A stretch of 64,000 nt of DNA from Tubulanus polymorphus (taxonomy: Eukaryota; Animalia; Nemertea), in the NCBI RefSeq assembly GCF_964204645.1, contig NC_134030.1, positions 17,692,210 to 17,756,209 of the forward strand, in the 5' to 3' direction. The notes beneath the pieces were generated by a model that saw only the letters and a program-made list of their open reading frames with translations, ran no database searches and was not told where the DNA came from. A program made the translations under genes and the position numbers. Below are positions 38,543 to 50,661 of this stretch, piece by piece (the first letter of the stretch is position 1; every line of letters begins with the position of its first letter).

Positions 38543-39005
38543 TAAGAAATATTCTCTGGTGAAATATAACGGGTATGATGATAAATTTAATGAATGGATA
38601 TTATCTAGTAAAATTAAAAGATAATTAGATTATTGTATTAAAATAGCAATTGATATTTATAAAGGATCAAATACATTATTTATCATAGATGATAGTGCTA
38701 ATTTACATGATTCAAAAATTAGAGAAAGTGAACTATGTTATCTAGCTTTCTCTGAGAGACATTTTGGGATTACAACGTGGGTTTTAAATCAAAAATATAA
38801 ATCAATTGTGAAAGATTATAGAGAGAATATAAATTTTTAGTTTTATTCTACACTAAAGATAGAAAATCTATGCAAAAATCATTGGAAGAAAATCAAATTA
38901 TACCTACTGAATTACATGATGAATATATGAATAAATTAAAAAGAATAAAGGTTCCAAATTATTACTGAGACTACAATTTCCCAATGAATATAAATTTATA
39001 AAATA
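38543..39005 (+). pseudogene. Polinton/Maverick (adintovirus)-like relic: integrase C-terminal chromodomain followed by the C-terminal part of an A32-type packaging ATPase
   Basis: KKYSLVKYNGYDDKFNEWILSSKIKR* (chromo motif LVKWxGYxxxFNxWI), then in the same frame ...YKGSNTLFIIDDSAN...LCYLAFSERHFGITTWVLNQKYKSIVKDYRENI (Walker B hhhhDD and the SGRH...Q...REN-like signature). Frameshifted tail; Walker A is absent. Confidence 0.8.
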
Positions 39006-39035
39006 AAATTAGAATAATTTAAATTATTTCAAATT

Positions 39036-39574
39036 AATACCCCGTTGTGTCTTTATTGTCTTTAGTACTTTTAGTACATAAAGAATATATCTTTATTTTA
39101 TTAGTACTTAGAAAAAAATATATGTATAATTCTTATATATAATAAATCTATGATATTTTTCATTACTGGAACAGTAATATATAAAATCTCTCAGATGAAT
39201 AAATATCATTATCATTATCTATCAGATGAAACAGTAATATATAGAAATCTGTGAAATAAATATTATATTATTATCATATCAAATATATAATCTGTGAGAT
39301 TAATAAATATTATATTATACAAATTTTTTATTAGTCTTAACTAAATTAAGATTTAATATATATAATATATATATACTTTTTTTCATTTTTTTTTTCAAGT
39401 ACTAATAAAATAAAGATATATTCTTTATGTACTGAAAGTACTAAGACTACTAAGGAGATAAAGACATAGATGGGTATTATGATTTTTATTTTTCAAGTAC
39501 TAATGATATAAAGATATATTATTTATACTAAAAGTACTAGAACGACTAAAGACATAAAGACACAGGGGGTATTA
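39036..39574. repeat. AT-rich intergenic inverted repeat with a tandemly duplicated right arm
   Basis: 39036-39120 (taataccc...gtctttagtacttttagtacataaagaatatatctttattttattagtactt) is the inverse of ~39390-39480 and again of ~39489-39574. Confidence 0.75.
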
Positions 39575-39589
39575 TATTCATATTGAAAA

Positions 39590-40150
39590 TTACTTTTCTG
39601 ATTCTAATTCTAACCACAATTTGAGCCATTCATTTCTTAATTCAAATGATTTTCTATTGCCTTCACCTAATTGTTTTGATTGATAACTATCAACAGATCT
39701 CAAACCCTTAGCATTCAATTCATAATTCAAATCAATATATCTATCCAATTGATCTTCGCTCATACTTTCATATTCTTTTTTTGCATCATTTTTAATTTCA
39801 TTTATAACATCTTGTGAAAAATCTTCATAACTGTATTATTGAATTATTTCATCAAAGTTATCACTTTTATCATCATAATAATCATTAGCAGCAAACTTTT
39901 TCAATTCTGGCAAAAAATCTCTCATTTTAAATTTTATGAAATAAAGCATACCTGAATAATCACCTGGAAATGTATCTATATCTGTCCAATGAGTTTTTAG
40001 ATCTGATAATACTTCTTTTGGATTATTTCTTACACAATCGATAAAAATTGATCTATATAATTTCCTATGATTATCGTTTTCGATATCAAAAAATACAGTT
40101 GGTACTCTATAAAGACGTTTTGAATCAATAGCTTTTATTGTAACTAAGGT
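39590..40150 (-). pseudogene. Intronless AT-rich gene relic with one premature stop, adjacent to the Polinton-like segment
   Basis: ORF 39836-40309 continues in frame past its TAA for ~80 codons (YSYEDFSQDVINEIKNDAKKEYESMSEDQLDRYIDLNYELN...LWLELESEK*). The 5' part of the annotated ORF (above ~40150) looks unrelated. Confidence 0.6.
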
Positions 40151-40344
40151 TTTTGAAGTTAAGAGAGTTGGGGCGATTAAGCAAAAAATTATGTAACACA
40201 AAGAAGAAAAATAAAGAAGAAGTGTGGTCGTAAAGAAGACTTGTTTCAACTTATATTCACTCAAGAAAGAAGATGGCTGAGGATAAATAGACAAGCCGGT
40301 CAACATCATTAGTGAAAGGAGTCACACACCAACTATTAGAAGGA

Positions 40345-40530
40345 CTCCGTACCACAACATGTTCAATTGATTCATGTAGTGATATGTTTGACAGTCAAAG
40401 TGGTCCCATCTAAAAAAGCATACAAGTCGAGGAACAGAGTCATTGCCCATTGAGACAATGTCAGAATTCGTATTCAAACAAGTCTTCATTTGCCAGTCAC
40501 TTATCAAGGAAACATCGTCGTCCGTGGAAA
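40345..40530 (+). pseudogene. C2H2 zinc-finger remnant typical of the N-terminus of animal EnSpm/CMC-type transposases
   Basis: CSIDSCSDMF... then HCPLRQCQNSYSNKSSFASHLSRKHR, interrupted by a stop/frameshift. Palindromic ggttactacagtaacc-type motifs lie at ~41400-41495. Confidence 0.5.
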
Positions 40531-42085
40531 CATTCACCACATAAAGGAAAGTCTTGACATAGCCACAAATATCGATGATATGCAGCCAATAGAAATTGAT
40601 GATAATGATCACAATGAGCTCCCCAAGATAACTTTAACTTTAAGTAAACGCCCGCAGGTGCCATCAAGCACCAATCAGATAATAGTTGACAACGAAATTC
40701 TTAAATATGAATGAACACAATAAGATTTATTCTGTGCCTGTAATTTTTTATTTCATGAGTCCTACATCAATGTGTACCTCTTAGGTACATATAAGTCAGT
40801 TAGTTCACAGCCATGGCACTTTAACTCAACAATATGAAACTTGAAAAAAGTAGTCACATTTAATGTCGATGCAAATTCTTTGACCCTCGTTGCCACGCAA
40901 TCTATCATCATCACTTTCTGAGGGGATCATACCGTCATCATCATCTAAATTAATGGCTCGGGCTACGTCCGCTGCAGTCAGGCGACTGGAGGAACTGAAA
41001 AGTGTAAGCAAAATGGGTAAATTTTATAATATATTAGCAGTGCAACAGGCCCAGCATCCATATACACACTAATGCCAAGATATATAGGGAAATAACATCA
41101 TATAACTTATTTACAGTAGTTACAACACAAGTGACTGCATAATGGTCACTCCAGTAACTTTTTTTTTAATATGCCACAAAAACACAGAAATCAATAATCA
41201 ATATCAAACTTCACATTAATTGTGTGCTAGAACTTATGTTTTATCTGATTTATTAGTATATCTTTGTTATAGGCCTTTGGGAGCAACATACTTTACAAAA
41301 GTATTGTGTCAGACACCTCACTCACCTTCGTCTCCTGGGGGCTGCAATATTGGCAAAAAACTAAACTGTCATCTACTTTCGCATATAACGAAGCTTAAAT
41401 GGTCACTAAAATAACCAAAATGAATTGGGACTACACAAGTCCCAATTTAGGTCACAGGCGGGGCTAAACCTGAATGGTTACTACAGTAACCCATATGCGA
41501 TGAAGGGTAATGGAGTTATAAAACCATATACATAAACCATCACGCACTTTTTCGGACAAAACGATGGAGTGGGAAGGCCTGTGGGCCTAAGTGTCTACAT
41601 TTAGTGACGAATCTTTAGTAGGCTTTTCGACTGATAAGGACCAGTATTAAGGTCATTGAAGTTATTATTAATCTCGTTGACATTGATAATCGCGAGACAA
41701 CGACTAGTAAGTGTTTGATCATCGCAATCCTCAGTGAAATCGAAATAGTTATCAGTAGCGGTCAAATTGGAATCAATCATTGTTTTGATTCATTCATTCA
41801 TTCAAACGTAAAAATACTCTAAAATACTCTAAAACCAACCAATGAGGATAAATTTTGTTAGGTTTTTTATCCAGATTTCGTATTATTAATTATTATTAAT
41901 TATTACTATATAATAATCATGACAAGAAAATTAATTTTGATAAGTTATTTGACGCCTGCAAAAAAAATGTAGAATTTTTGGGATAAGCTAATGTGGAATT
42001 GCAAATTTGAAATCGAAATTTGGGGAATTATGAGATTTGGCGATTGGGTAGGTGATACGAGGCCCCCAGCGTTCTACTCAGGGGT

Positions 42086-42156
42086 GAGAGGGAGAGGGAG
42101 AGGGAGATGGAGAGGGAGATGGAGAGGGAGAGGGAGAGGGAGAGGGAAAGGGAGAG
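42086..42156 (+). repeat. (GAGAGG)n polypurine microsatellite
   Basis: Read directly from the sequence. Confidence 0.95.
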
Positions 42157-42820
42157 CTTTTTCAAACCAACACAGACGAATATTTGCACGAGGCCTCCGG
42201 TAGATGTCGCTATACCTCAAAAAGATATTTAAGGCCTTTTGTAAAAATTCAGAAATCCACACGACCCGATCCCAACAGGGATAAGGGTTTGTTTGACACA
42301 TCCCAATGAACTCACTATTCCAAATTGCGCGTCGAACTTTAATTTCAAACGCCGATAAAATATGATTATATATCACGGATTTCATTAGACAATATTTAAA
42401 AAGCCGCCATACTAATCCAGAGGTGGAAATTTAATTTACATTTATCATCAAAAGCCACTAACATGTGCTGCCAAAACGACTTCTATAAAGTGAGAACGAT
42501 TTTGTTTAATATCGTGTCAACACACGTCAAACGAAGAACTCTGTTCGAGTGTATCCTCACTTAACGAAGTAAGTGAAGCTATAGACGACAAGCTCAAATA
42601 TTTCATTTCATAGTTACATGTAGATGTTACTTTTTATCAAACCTAACAGTTTTAGTAAATGATTAATTAAATTCGATTTTTGGCCATTTTGATCTTATAT
42701 GAATACGTATTTGTAACTATAATAATCTGTTGTATTTTTAAAATGCTTGTAATAATTCTATAATCATGTAGACACTCTGGTTTTGGACTCCGACGAATAA
42801 GGATCATAATCAAATAATAT

Positions 42821-42941
<121 letters not shown>

Positions 42942-44513
42942 TTAAAAACGCCCACTTAACGGGACTTACATATGAGACCTGCAAATCGGGCCCTAGTAGA
43001 AGGGCATGTTTTTGAGCTACCAATGAAAGTCAAATCGGTATAAAACCACCTGAAGAGACGATGTATCACTTCAGTTAGTCGATGTATTGCTTTCCCTTTA
43101 TGAAAATGACTTTTCCTTTCAGACCGATTTTTTGGGGCCTGTCCCCGTAATCCCTTTGGGTCTTTAACCCTTTCACACCTAAAATTTTTTATTAAAAAAA
43201 AAATATTAAATTTCCGTTAAATCATCATCAAGCTAACCATAACACCCCCGGCAGCTATAGAAATGAACAGATTACATATTCTATTGCAGTTTACAAAATT
43301 ACTCGGCCAATTTAAAAGGAAAGATGGTATCATTATCTTAGCCTTAGAGATCCTTAGACCAACGAAATGATTAATGATGAACTAGTTAATTTTGGGCTTG
43401 GGTAATCTAAATAAAATGCCGCTGACACATAATGCAAGATTGCTGAGAATTCACAAAATGTTAGTAGAGGCTAAATTTGTCACGTAAGAAAAATCATATC
43501 GTGACGTTGGCATACAATGGTGCGCGCCGATTGGCCGTTCCATCACGCAAATGCTTTAAAGGTGCGGCCGGAACTGCATCCGAAAATAATCTGCATCCCA
43601 ATTGTATCTCATTTTGGAGTTGTGTCATGCAGATATATGTAGCCTATATACTTTAGTGTTACCCCTTTGTCCTGATGCTGTTTCATTGTTTGAGGCCATA
43701 TTTTATACGGAAATATTATTTTGCAATTAAATGGAGTGATAATTATTTAGCAATTAAATGGAGTGATAATTATTTAGATCGTAACTTTTATGCTTTCTTT
43801 TTCTTCTATTTCGTTTTTCATTGGTCATCGTTCGTATCAAAGCTTGCTCAATTCGAATCGGTCTATCCCAGCTTGAAGCCAAAATAGATGCTGGTTCAGT
43901 CGGATTAATTTGTTTTTTCACCCATTTTAAGAAAATTTGACTATATCGAACGTGCAGGTATCTGGATCCAGGAAATCTGGGTAGCCGCTCTATTTTTGTG
44001 GCGGTACCGAATTGGCTGCAACGTGATTCCATTGCAGTTTTGATTCATTCATCGCTGATTTTGTAATACAGTCTGGAACAATTCTAGAGGCCAAATGCTC
44101 ACAGTACTAACAGTGCTCACAGTTGATACTTTTTATAGATTCAAGGGGACCACAGACTTGTCAGTTTAAAACCAGTAACCATGGGTAGTGTATAAACATA
44201 TAATGATTAAACATTATTTTTTCCAACAAATTTACAAAATTTTACTGTGTGCAATGGAGAAATGCAACAATTATTGTGAGTACATTATTGCCTTTCATTT
44301 TTCGTTAAATTTTAACATCTGGATAAGTGCAAAAAGTGCAAATATTGAAGTAATGCTCTCTAATAATATGATTTGTTGATCGCGATCATGTATCCGTAGT
44401 CGCGATAGCTTTAAATTAGATGAAAGTGGCAGAAATCCCTTAAAATAAGTGCAATATCATCAATATCAATATAATATCGATATCATCGAGCCAGATTCAT
44501 CTTACGAAAATGG

Positions 44514-44980
44514 TACACGTGTAATTGTAAATGAAAATACACGTGTAAAATTGGCCCAATTTTACACGTGTACTTTATCCCAATTACACGTGTACTTCAT
44601 CCTAATTACACGTGTATTACACGTGTACTTCATCCAAATTACACGTGTACTTCATCCTAACTACACGTGTAGTTTATCCTCATTACACGTGTATTTCATC
44701 CTGTATTACACATGTACTTTATCCTAATTACACGTGTATTACACGTGTACTTCATCCAAATTAAACGTGTACTTCATCCTAACTACACGTGTAGTTCATC
44801 CTTATTACACGTGTATTTCATCCTGTATTACACATGTACTTTATCCCAATTACACGTGTACTTCATCCTAATTACACGTGTATTTCATCCAGTGTTGCAC
44901 GTGTACTTTATCCTAATTACACGTGTATTTCATCCAATATTACACGTGTCTTACACGTGTACTTCATGCTAAATACATGT
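44514..44980. repeat. Subterminal array of about 20 TACACGTGTA palindromes (E-box core CACGTG) at 11/22-bp spacing
   Basis: Read directly; includes a higher-order ~122-bp repeat (44585-44706 ~ 44707-44828). Confidence 0.92.
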
Positions 44981-45039
44981 GTCTTTGATTGCCATTTTTT
45001 GTTGAATTCAAATCAAACCACCATGTGAGGAAATCTCCT

Positions 45040-46808
45040 TAATCTATGTGCTGTTTAGAATGAACACTCAAGAGATTCACATTTTCCATACTAACTGATT
45101 TATTCATCTTCATAAATTTTATAAATTTTTGAGTAATTGCATGTCTTATGTTGGCCTCTTTTGCACCCTTCTCCTTTCGACATTGTTCTGAAATGATAAC
45201 CATTTGAAAAAAATTAAGCAAAAGTATACAATGATTTCTTTACGAGGATAAATAAATCAAGTTCAGCTGCTTGGGATGATGATTAAATTATATAGCTTTT
45301 TCTAACAGTCTTCTGCATATAACAGCTAAGTTTTTTCACTCTTAATGACTTGATTTTAAGCCATATGGTGAAATGCTTGACAATCTGGAAATTTCAATGT
45401 TCAACGCCACCTGATGAAAAACAAGGGGTCTAGGGACACCATGCCCGTATGGTTACGAATGCTAAACAATCAATATAATGAAATAGAAACAGGACATTGA
45501 AACTCATCACAATCATAGAACATGTCACAAGCTACAATTTTACAATTGATCGATGTTATAATGTATTCATAGGTACCAAAATAAATTAGACAAATTGTAT
45601 ATAATTCAATACTCAACTCCCCCTGGTGGTGAGAACAAAAACCTGGGTAACCCCAATTCCACATGAGGTGAATACTACAACAGTGGTAACAATTATCAAA
45701 TATCAAGACTGTAAGTCAAAACCTGTCGATATTTTCCTTCAAAAACCTTCTTCTATCTACGAATGAGAACTGATGACACCAAGATGGCTGCCAAATGTGT
45801 CATGCTTGACTGATCGAAAAATCTGTCTCGTATGTTTTAGATTGTTAAGAAATGTATACCCATCACAAATTTCAAAGGCAAAAATGACCTTTTTGGGTAC
45901 AAAAAAGGTCACATGATGGCCATCTTGTGTCAAGATGGCCATCTTCATCTTCAAAATCTCCTTTGAAAACTTCAAAAAATTGCATAAGTGATGATTTTGG
46001 GGAACGAAAATGGCCAATGCAGTTGGCCATCTTGATTCGGACCAGTTTTGGGCTGAAGACATGTCTAGGATAGATATGTGTGTAACTTAAATATCAAGAG
46101 TATTAAAACTTTCCAAAATACTGGATTCCATCTACAGACGAACAAAGGGTGAATGCAATAGCCCGCTTGCTTGGACTTACGTCTCAAATGGGCTAAAGCT
46201 GGGGACACATTAGGCAATTTCGTCGAGCACTTAAGTTGTGCAACGAAATCGTCGGTAAAATCACCTAGTTTGTCAGGGTCTGCGCCGACTGAATCGCCCG
46301 AATCCAACACGTCCTGCGACTGAATCACCCAACGCATCAGGCCACTGTGATTGTTCGCCTTGAGCGCCATATTAAACGTTAAACCCTCCCCTTTTCTGAC
46401 CAAGTGCCCTTTTGAATCACAGGTGAAAAATTCCACCCTATGATCAAAGTGCACAAACCCCATACAACCGTTTCACACAGGGAGACCTGTATTGACTAGT
46501 GCCCTTTTCATAAGAGCTGAACCCGCGTTCTTCCAGCTTGGATCCGCCCCTGTAAAACAACAACAAATGAATGCTAGCCATTATATATTGAATTCATGTA
46601 CTTACGTATTATTTAGCTGACCCGGTTTGGGTCCAACTTTTTTCCTCATGGAAGACTTTCATTGCGTCACATCCAGTCCAATGCCTTGACAATTAGTTCT
46701 TCTTTTAAATGAGTGGACAACAGCATGCATGCACCCAACAGTATTAGGTTTTCCGACTAATCAGCGTATGGCAGCAGCTGTTGTATCATCCAATAGTGAG
46801 TAGGCATC
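45040..46808 (-). pseudogene. Possible BEN-domain accessory gene remnant of the EnSpm element (two decayed exons, split by a HINE insertion)
   Basis: Exon-like 46606-46808 (minus strand, ag...gtaagt) gives ...LLSTH.KEELIV..WTG...RKKLDPNRVS..I with frameshifts. Exon-like 45040-45187 gives EQCRKEKGAKEANIRHAITQK. The pattern resembles BEN helices. Confidence 0.4.
45418..46197 (+). mobile_element. Helentron-associated non-autonomous element (HINE-like), nested in the EnSpm element
   Basis: Starts aaaacaaggggtctagggacaccatgccc and ends ...ctggattccatctacagacg...caatagcccgc...gggctaaa. Homologous to the elements at 57491-63670. Confidence 0.75.
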
Positions 46809-48929
46809 CTAAAATGAGAAGAATTTACAATGCTTACGCTATAATCTTTACTAAAACCATTCCGACGCTCATATAATATATAATGTAAATACCTGATTTT
46901 CATCACGCTGTCGTTGTTGAGAAATCAGTGGAGAATTGAAGGCTCTCTCGCGCTAACATCGTTTTCCAACAATCCCCCAGTGGACACATTTTTAAGCCAA
47001 AAAAAACGGGACACATTTTTAAGCCAAAAAAACGGGAATTCCAATTTTATAGTGTCTGTCCTTGGATCAATTCTTATTGGTGTAGAACCTATAAAGTTTG
47101 AAAAAAATGGTCAAGAATTGATTGCACTAATGTCGTTTTTGCCCCCAGTCGAAACTCCGACAGCGACCTAATTTCATGTCCAGCATACAAGTTTAATGGC
47201 GATGATGGGCGCACAACAAAATCTAAATGACCCTGCGGTTTTTAGATTGGATGCATAAACACCAAAGACACTCCGTTTTTATCCCTCACAATTGGAATGA
47301 TCATTTACAATTTTTTCACCGGACATTCAATCATTTAAGGCCTACTAATACTATGCTAACTAATTCAAATTCAATTCAATACTAGGTCATGTTGCTTTTC
47401 ATTCCAATAAACATATCCTTTTAGTGACCTATAAACCTTTACTTTACTACATAACAATAATCATACCTGAACAATCCACAACGCGTCCTTTATACGCGGG
47501 ATAATAATAAAAGGCCTTCGACTTTTTTGTTCTTCCACTTCCATTCCAATCCATTCTAATGAATCTAATTCAATGATCCATTCAATGATCCACTATGTGT
47601 TTGACCTCAAACAAAGAAGCAGTGTCACTTTCGGCCCAGTTGTCAATGATCCCCTTTTATGGACTGATTGTCATCCATTATTGCGTTTCGCAATCATTAT
47701 GAGAATAGAATAGATCGTGAAAACCTGTGAAAACGTGTCAATATGGTTGCCACCGCGCAGGGGTGCTTGGGAGTTTGATTGAAATAAATTATTTAATTAT
47801 TAATAAGTTTTATGTCTGCATTTTAATTCTATTAGAATTAAAAAATAATCGTGTTAAGTGATATTTAATTAGCAAAAATTACTTATACTAAGGGTTATTA
47901 TGAAGCTAAGGCTAAATCAATTAAGTAAATTGAAAATAACGATTCAGTGAAGAAATGACGCTCATTTTAATATACGCTGTATTATAAAAATAGACAAAAA
48001 GGTGCATGAATAAGGCCTCTAACTATTTAATTCAACATTTAGATGAGATTATTTTGTCTAGGTGGTTTTTCTGTTCATGAAAACCATTTATCTAGAGCTC
48101 GTCAGTTCGTCAGTGAGGTTTTCATTTTGGTAGTGTTCCAAAATGGAAGACAAATAACACAAAGATGCGCTTTTTAGTGGAAAATTACCCGTAAATATCG
48201 ATATACACCAACCGAATTCGTCTTTTGCAAGCATGGAGTTTGAAAAAGAAATTGCAAGTAAAAAGGCCAGTTAAAATACGCGAGTAGGCCTACATGTTAA
48301 ACATTTGAAGGTAAGATCATTTTAAATGTAAGCAAATCAAATTGACTTTATTGGTCCTTATCTGTATCAATATCAATAAACATGTATATTATTGGTTTGA
48401 CAGTTCAATAAAGTTGACAGGACAAACAAGAGACATGGAGAATTATGCAATTGCATAGGTCAATTGTTAGGTTAATGTTAATGTTGTTAGTTGATCTTTT
48501 AATCCAGGTCCGATCTGGTATGTTATTGTTATGCATGAGGTTTACTGTTCATCGCAACAATAGGCTACAAAATCGCTAGCTGGAAATCAACCTACGTCGT
48601 ATAGGCCTACTGTAGCCTTAAGTTCTATATGGGTTCTATTTGGGAATAATTTAATCTCAAATTACTTTTTGTTTTGTAGATGGTAATATGTTGCTAAATG
48701 ATGGACATTTCGATTTTTCAAGAAGTGGATTTTGAGAAACTGGAAGATTTAAGAATTGAAAATGGCCACAATCCACCAATAATGCAGACAATGGTTATGA
48801 CAACGTAAGTTAGTAATACAGTGCCTTATGACTAAAAATGCAATCTTAATTGCCAATCTACTCATCCGATATGAACTTGACCAATCACAAAAATGTTTAA
48901 TCTGTTTTGCAGCCACAGCTCATTGATGG

Positions 48930-49298
48930 AAATAGATGATCCTCTCCACACAAATGCTGAGGTGAACCATCGTGGGGCTGTTACTACTATTATGGCGTTC
49001 TCCCTCAAAGCTGGATCCACATCAACTGTTTTGACTGGATTGTTGGATCAGTTGAATTTACTGTTACTGAGAAGCGGTTCTACGCAGTTCTAATTAGCCT
49101 ATTTTCAAAAGATTTTCTCTATGTCCGGAGGTGAACAAATATTACTGCCCTGTATATAAGACATTATTCAAAAAACTGCAGGTATGATACAAATGTTCAT
49201 TATGTGTTATACAGTATGATAAGGCAACATTAGAGGAAAAAGGACATTTTTTTGTGTACATGCCCGTTAATGAACAACTGAAAAGACTCCTCGGCTAA
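48930..49298 (+). pseudogene. EnSpm/CACTA transposase N-terminal remnant
   Basis: DDPLHTNAEVNHRGAVTTIMAFSLKAGSTSTVLTGLLDQLNLLL...KYYCPVY...CSLC...YDKATLEEKGHFFVYMPVNEQLKRLLG*, which matches the usual animal EnSpm layout (YYC..C...C..C...FF..P...QL..LL). Frameshifted; the catalytic core is missing. Confidence 0.7.
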
Positions 49299-50247
49299 GA
49301 AGAGCTAGCTAGCAAAATTAATGAATGGGCCTACAAGGAAAGCAGAACACTTCGAGCTGGTGACAGCAATATATTCAACATTTTTCATAAATAACATTGT
49401 AATTCGGGGCTTGGGCAGTCCCCTAAGCCTCTAGTTATCTTGATAATAAATGAAAAATATCCAAAATTTTTTGTTCAGATCATGATTTTTGTGAAACAGT
49501 TTTTGGATTTATTCAAGGGGCAACAAAGACATGTGCTTCATTCATACAGGATCCAATCTAGTCAATACAGGACAAACAACATGACTTTTTTGACACGGCA
49601 TCCTGGAAAAAACTACTAAATGAGGATCAAACAATTAAAAAGACAGGAGATTCCTTCAATTCCTCGAACATTACATGCACAATCTTACTTTTAATAAAAT
49701 CATGTGAAGCTAAATGATGTAATTACAAATTTTATTGCAGTTTACAAAAGTGACCAATTATGAGAAACAAGGTACATGTATAATTTTTTAGCCTAGTACA
49801 TGCATCCAGATTGCACGTGTATTTCAGAAGCCACATATGAATTTACACGTGTTTTTAAAATACACGTCCTAAGTTACACGTGTATTTCAAAATACACGTC
49901 AAAAGTACACGTGTAATTTCATATTACACGTGTATTTAGCTAAATACACGTGTACCATTTTCATAAGGGATTCGTTATGCGACCGGTTGACGATTTTGTT
50001 ATACAAATATGCTGTTTCATGTATTGTTCATTTTGATGGAAAAGGTATGGCTGATTTATTAATGGATAGACAAATAAATGAATTTAGACTCGGATATTGC
50101 GAAATAAGTCGACGCTTTCGTAACAAATATATACTCCACACTAATCTGATACAGTATTAGTGGGTCATGTTTTTATACGAAACTGATCCATAGGACCATT
50201 ACACACACACACATACACACACAGTCCCTCGAATATTGGGTTTTCAA

Positions 50248-50661
50248 TGTGTTATAGCCCATTGCATGCCATTCCACATGATAAATAGAACGACCATTTG
50301 AGACCTGGACTCAAGCACCAGCAGAGAATTCGTGGCACGACAGTCCTTATTGGGTCTTGTATAAAACTTAAATAGCATACCGGTATATCGGGTACCCGGT
50401 ATATGATTTCGAGACCAACAGAACGGTGTGTTTCCTTTGTAATAGTCATCTCCATACACCCCCGATACACAACCAGCCTCGCACCCTCCGATACACCACC
50501 GGCCTCGCAAACAGCCGACGCTTTTCAAAAATACCGAACGCGAACGCCTAGCTACTCGATCAGGGACGTGCCACCTGCGACCGTAAAGCGACATGCCGCA
50601 CCAATAATTGAATAACCCAAGACGCCATAATAAATGTTATTCTGCATTTAAGGGGGGGGAG
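50248..50661 (+). mobile_element. Possible LTR-retrotransposon (Gypsy-like) remnant
   Basis: A TGT...ACA-bounded ~210-bp segment (50248-50458), then a Pro/Thr-rich stretch containing TRSG, then PPT-like ttaagggggggag. No second LTR was seen. Confidence 0.3.

Larger units (their letters stand above)
44499..49969 (+). mobile_element. Internally deleted EnSpm/CACTA (CMC) element with nested insertions
   Basis: TIR (at)cttacgaaaatggtacacgtgta / tacacgtgtaccattttcataaggg; subterminal TACACGTGTA arrays at both ends (44514-44980, 49812-49952); transposase N-terminal remnant inside. The flanks share 'at'/'attc'. Confidence 0.8.

Noticed and set aside
41991-42385. RG-rich and LP-rich ORFs
   Set aside because: Products of the (GAGAGG)n tract; no other coding signal.
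42942-43168. Kolobok-like MITE bounded by TTAA
   Set aside because: Terminal inverted similarity too weak to support by eye.
44449-45028. Repetitive ORFs (YTC/LHVYF repeats)
   Set aside because: Translation of the TACACGTGTA subterminal array.
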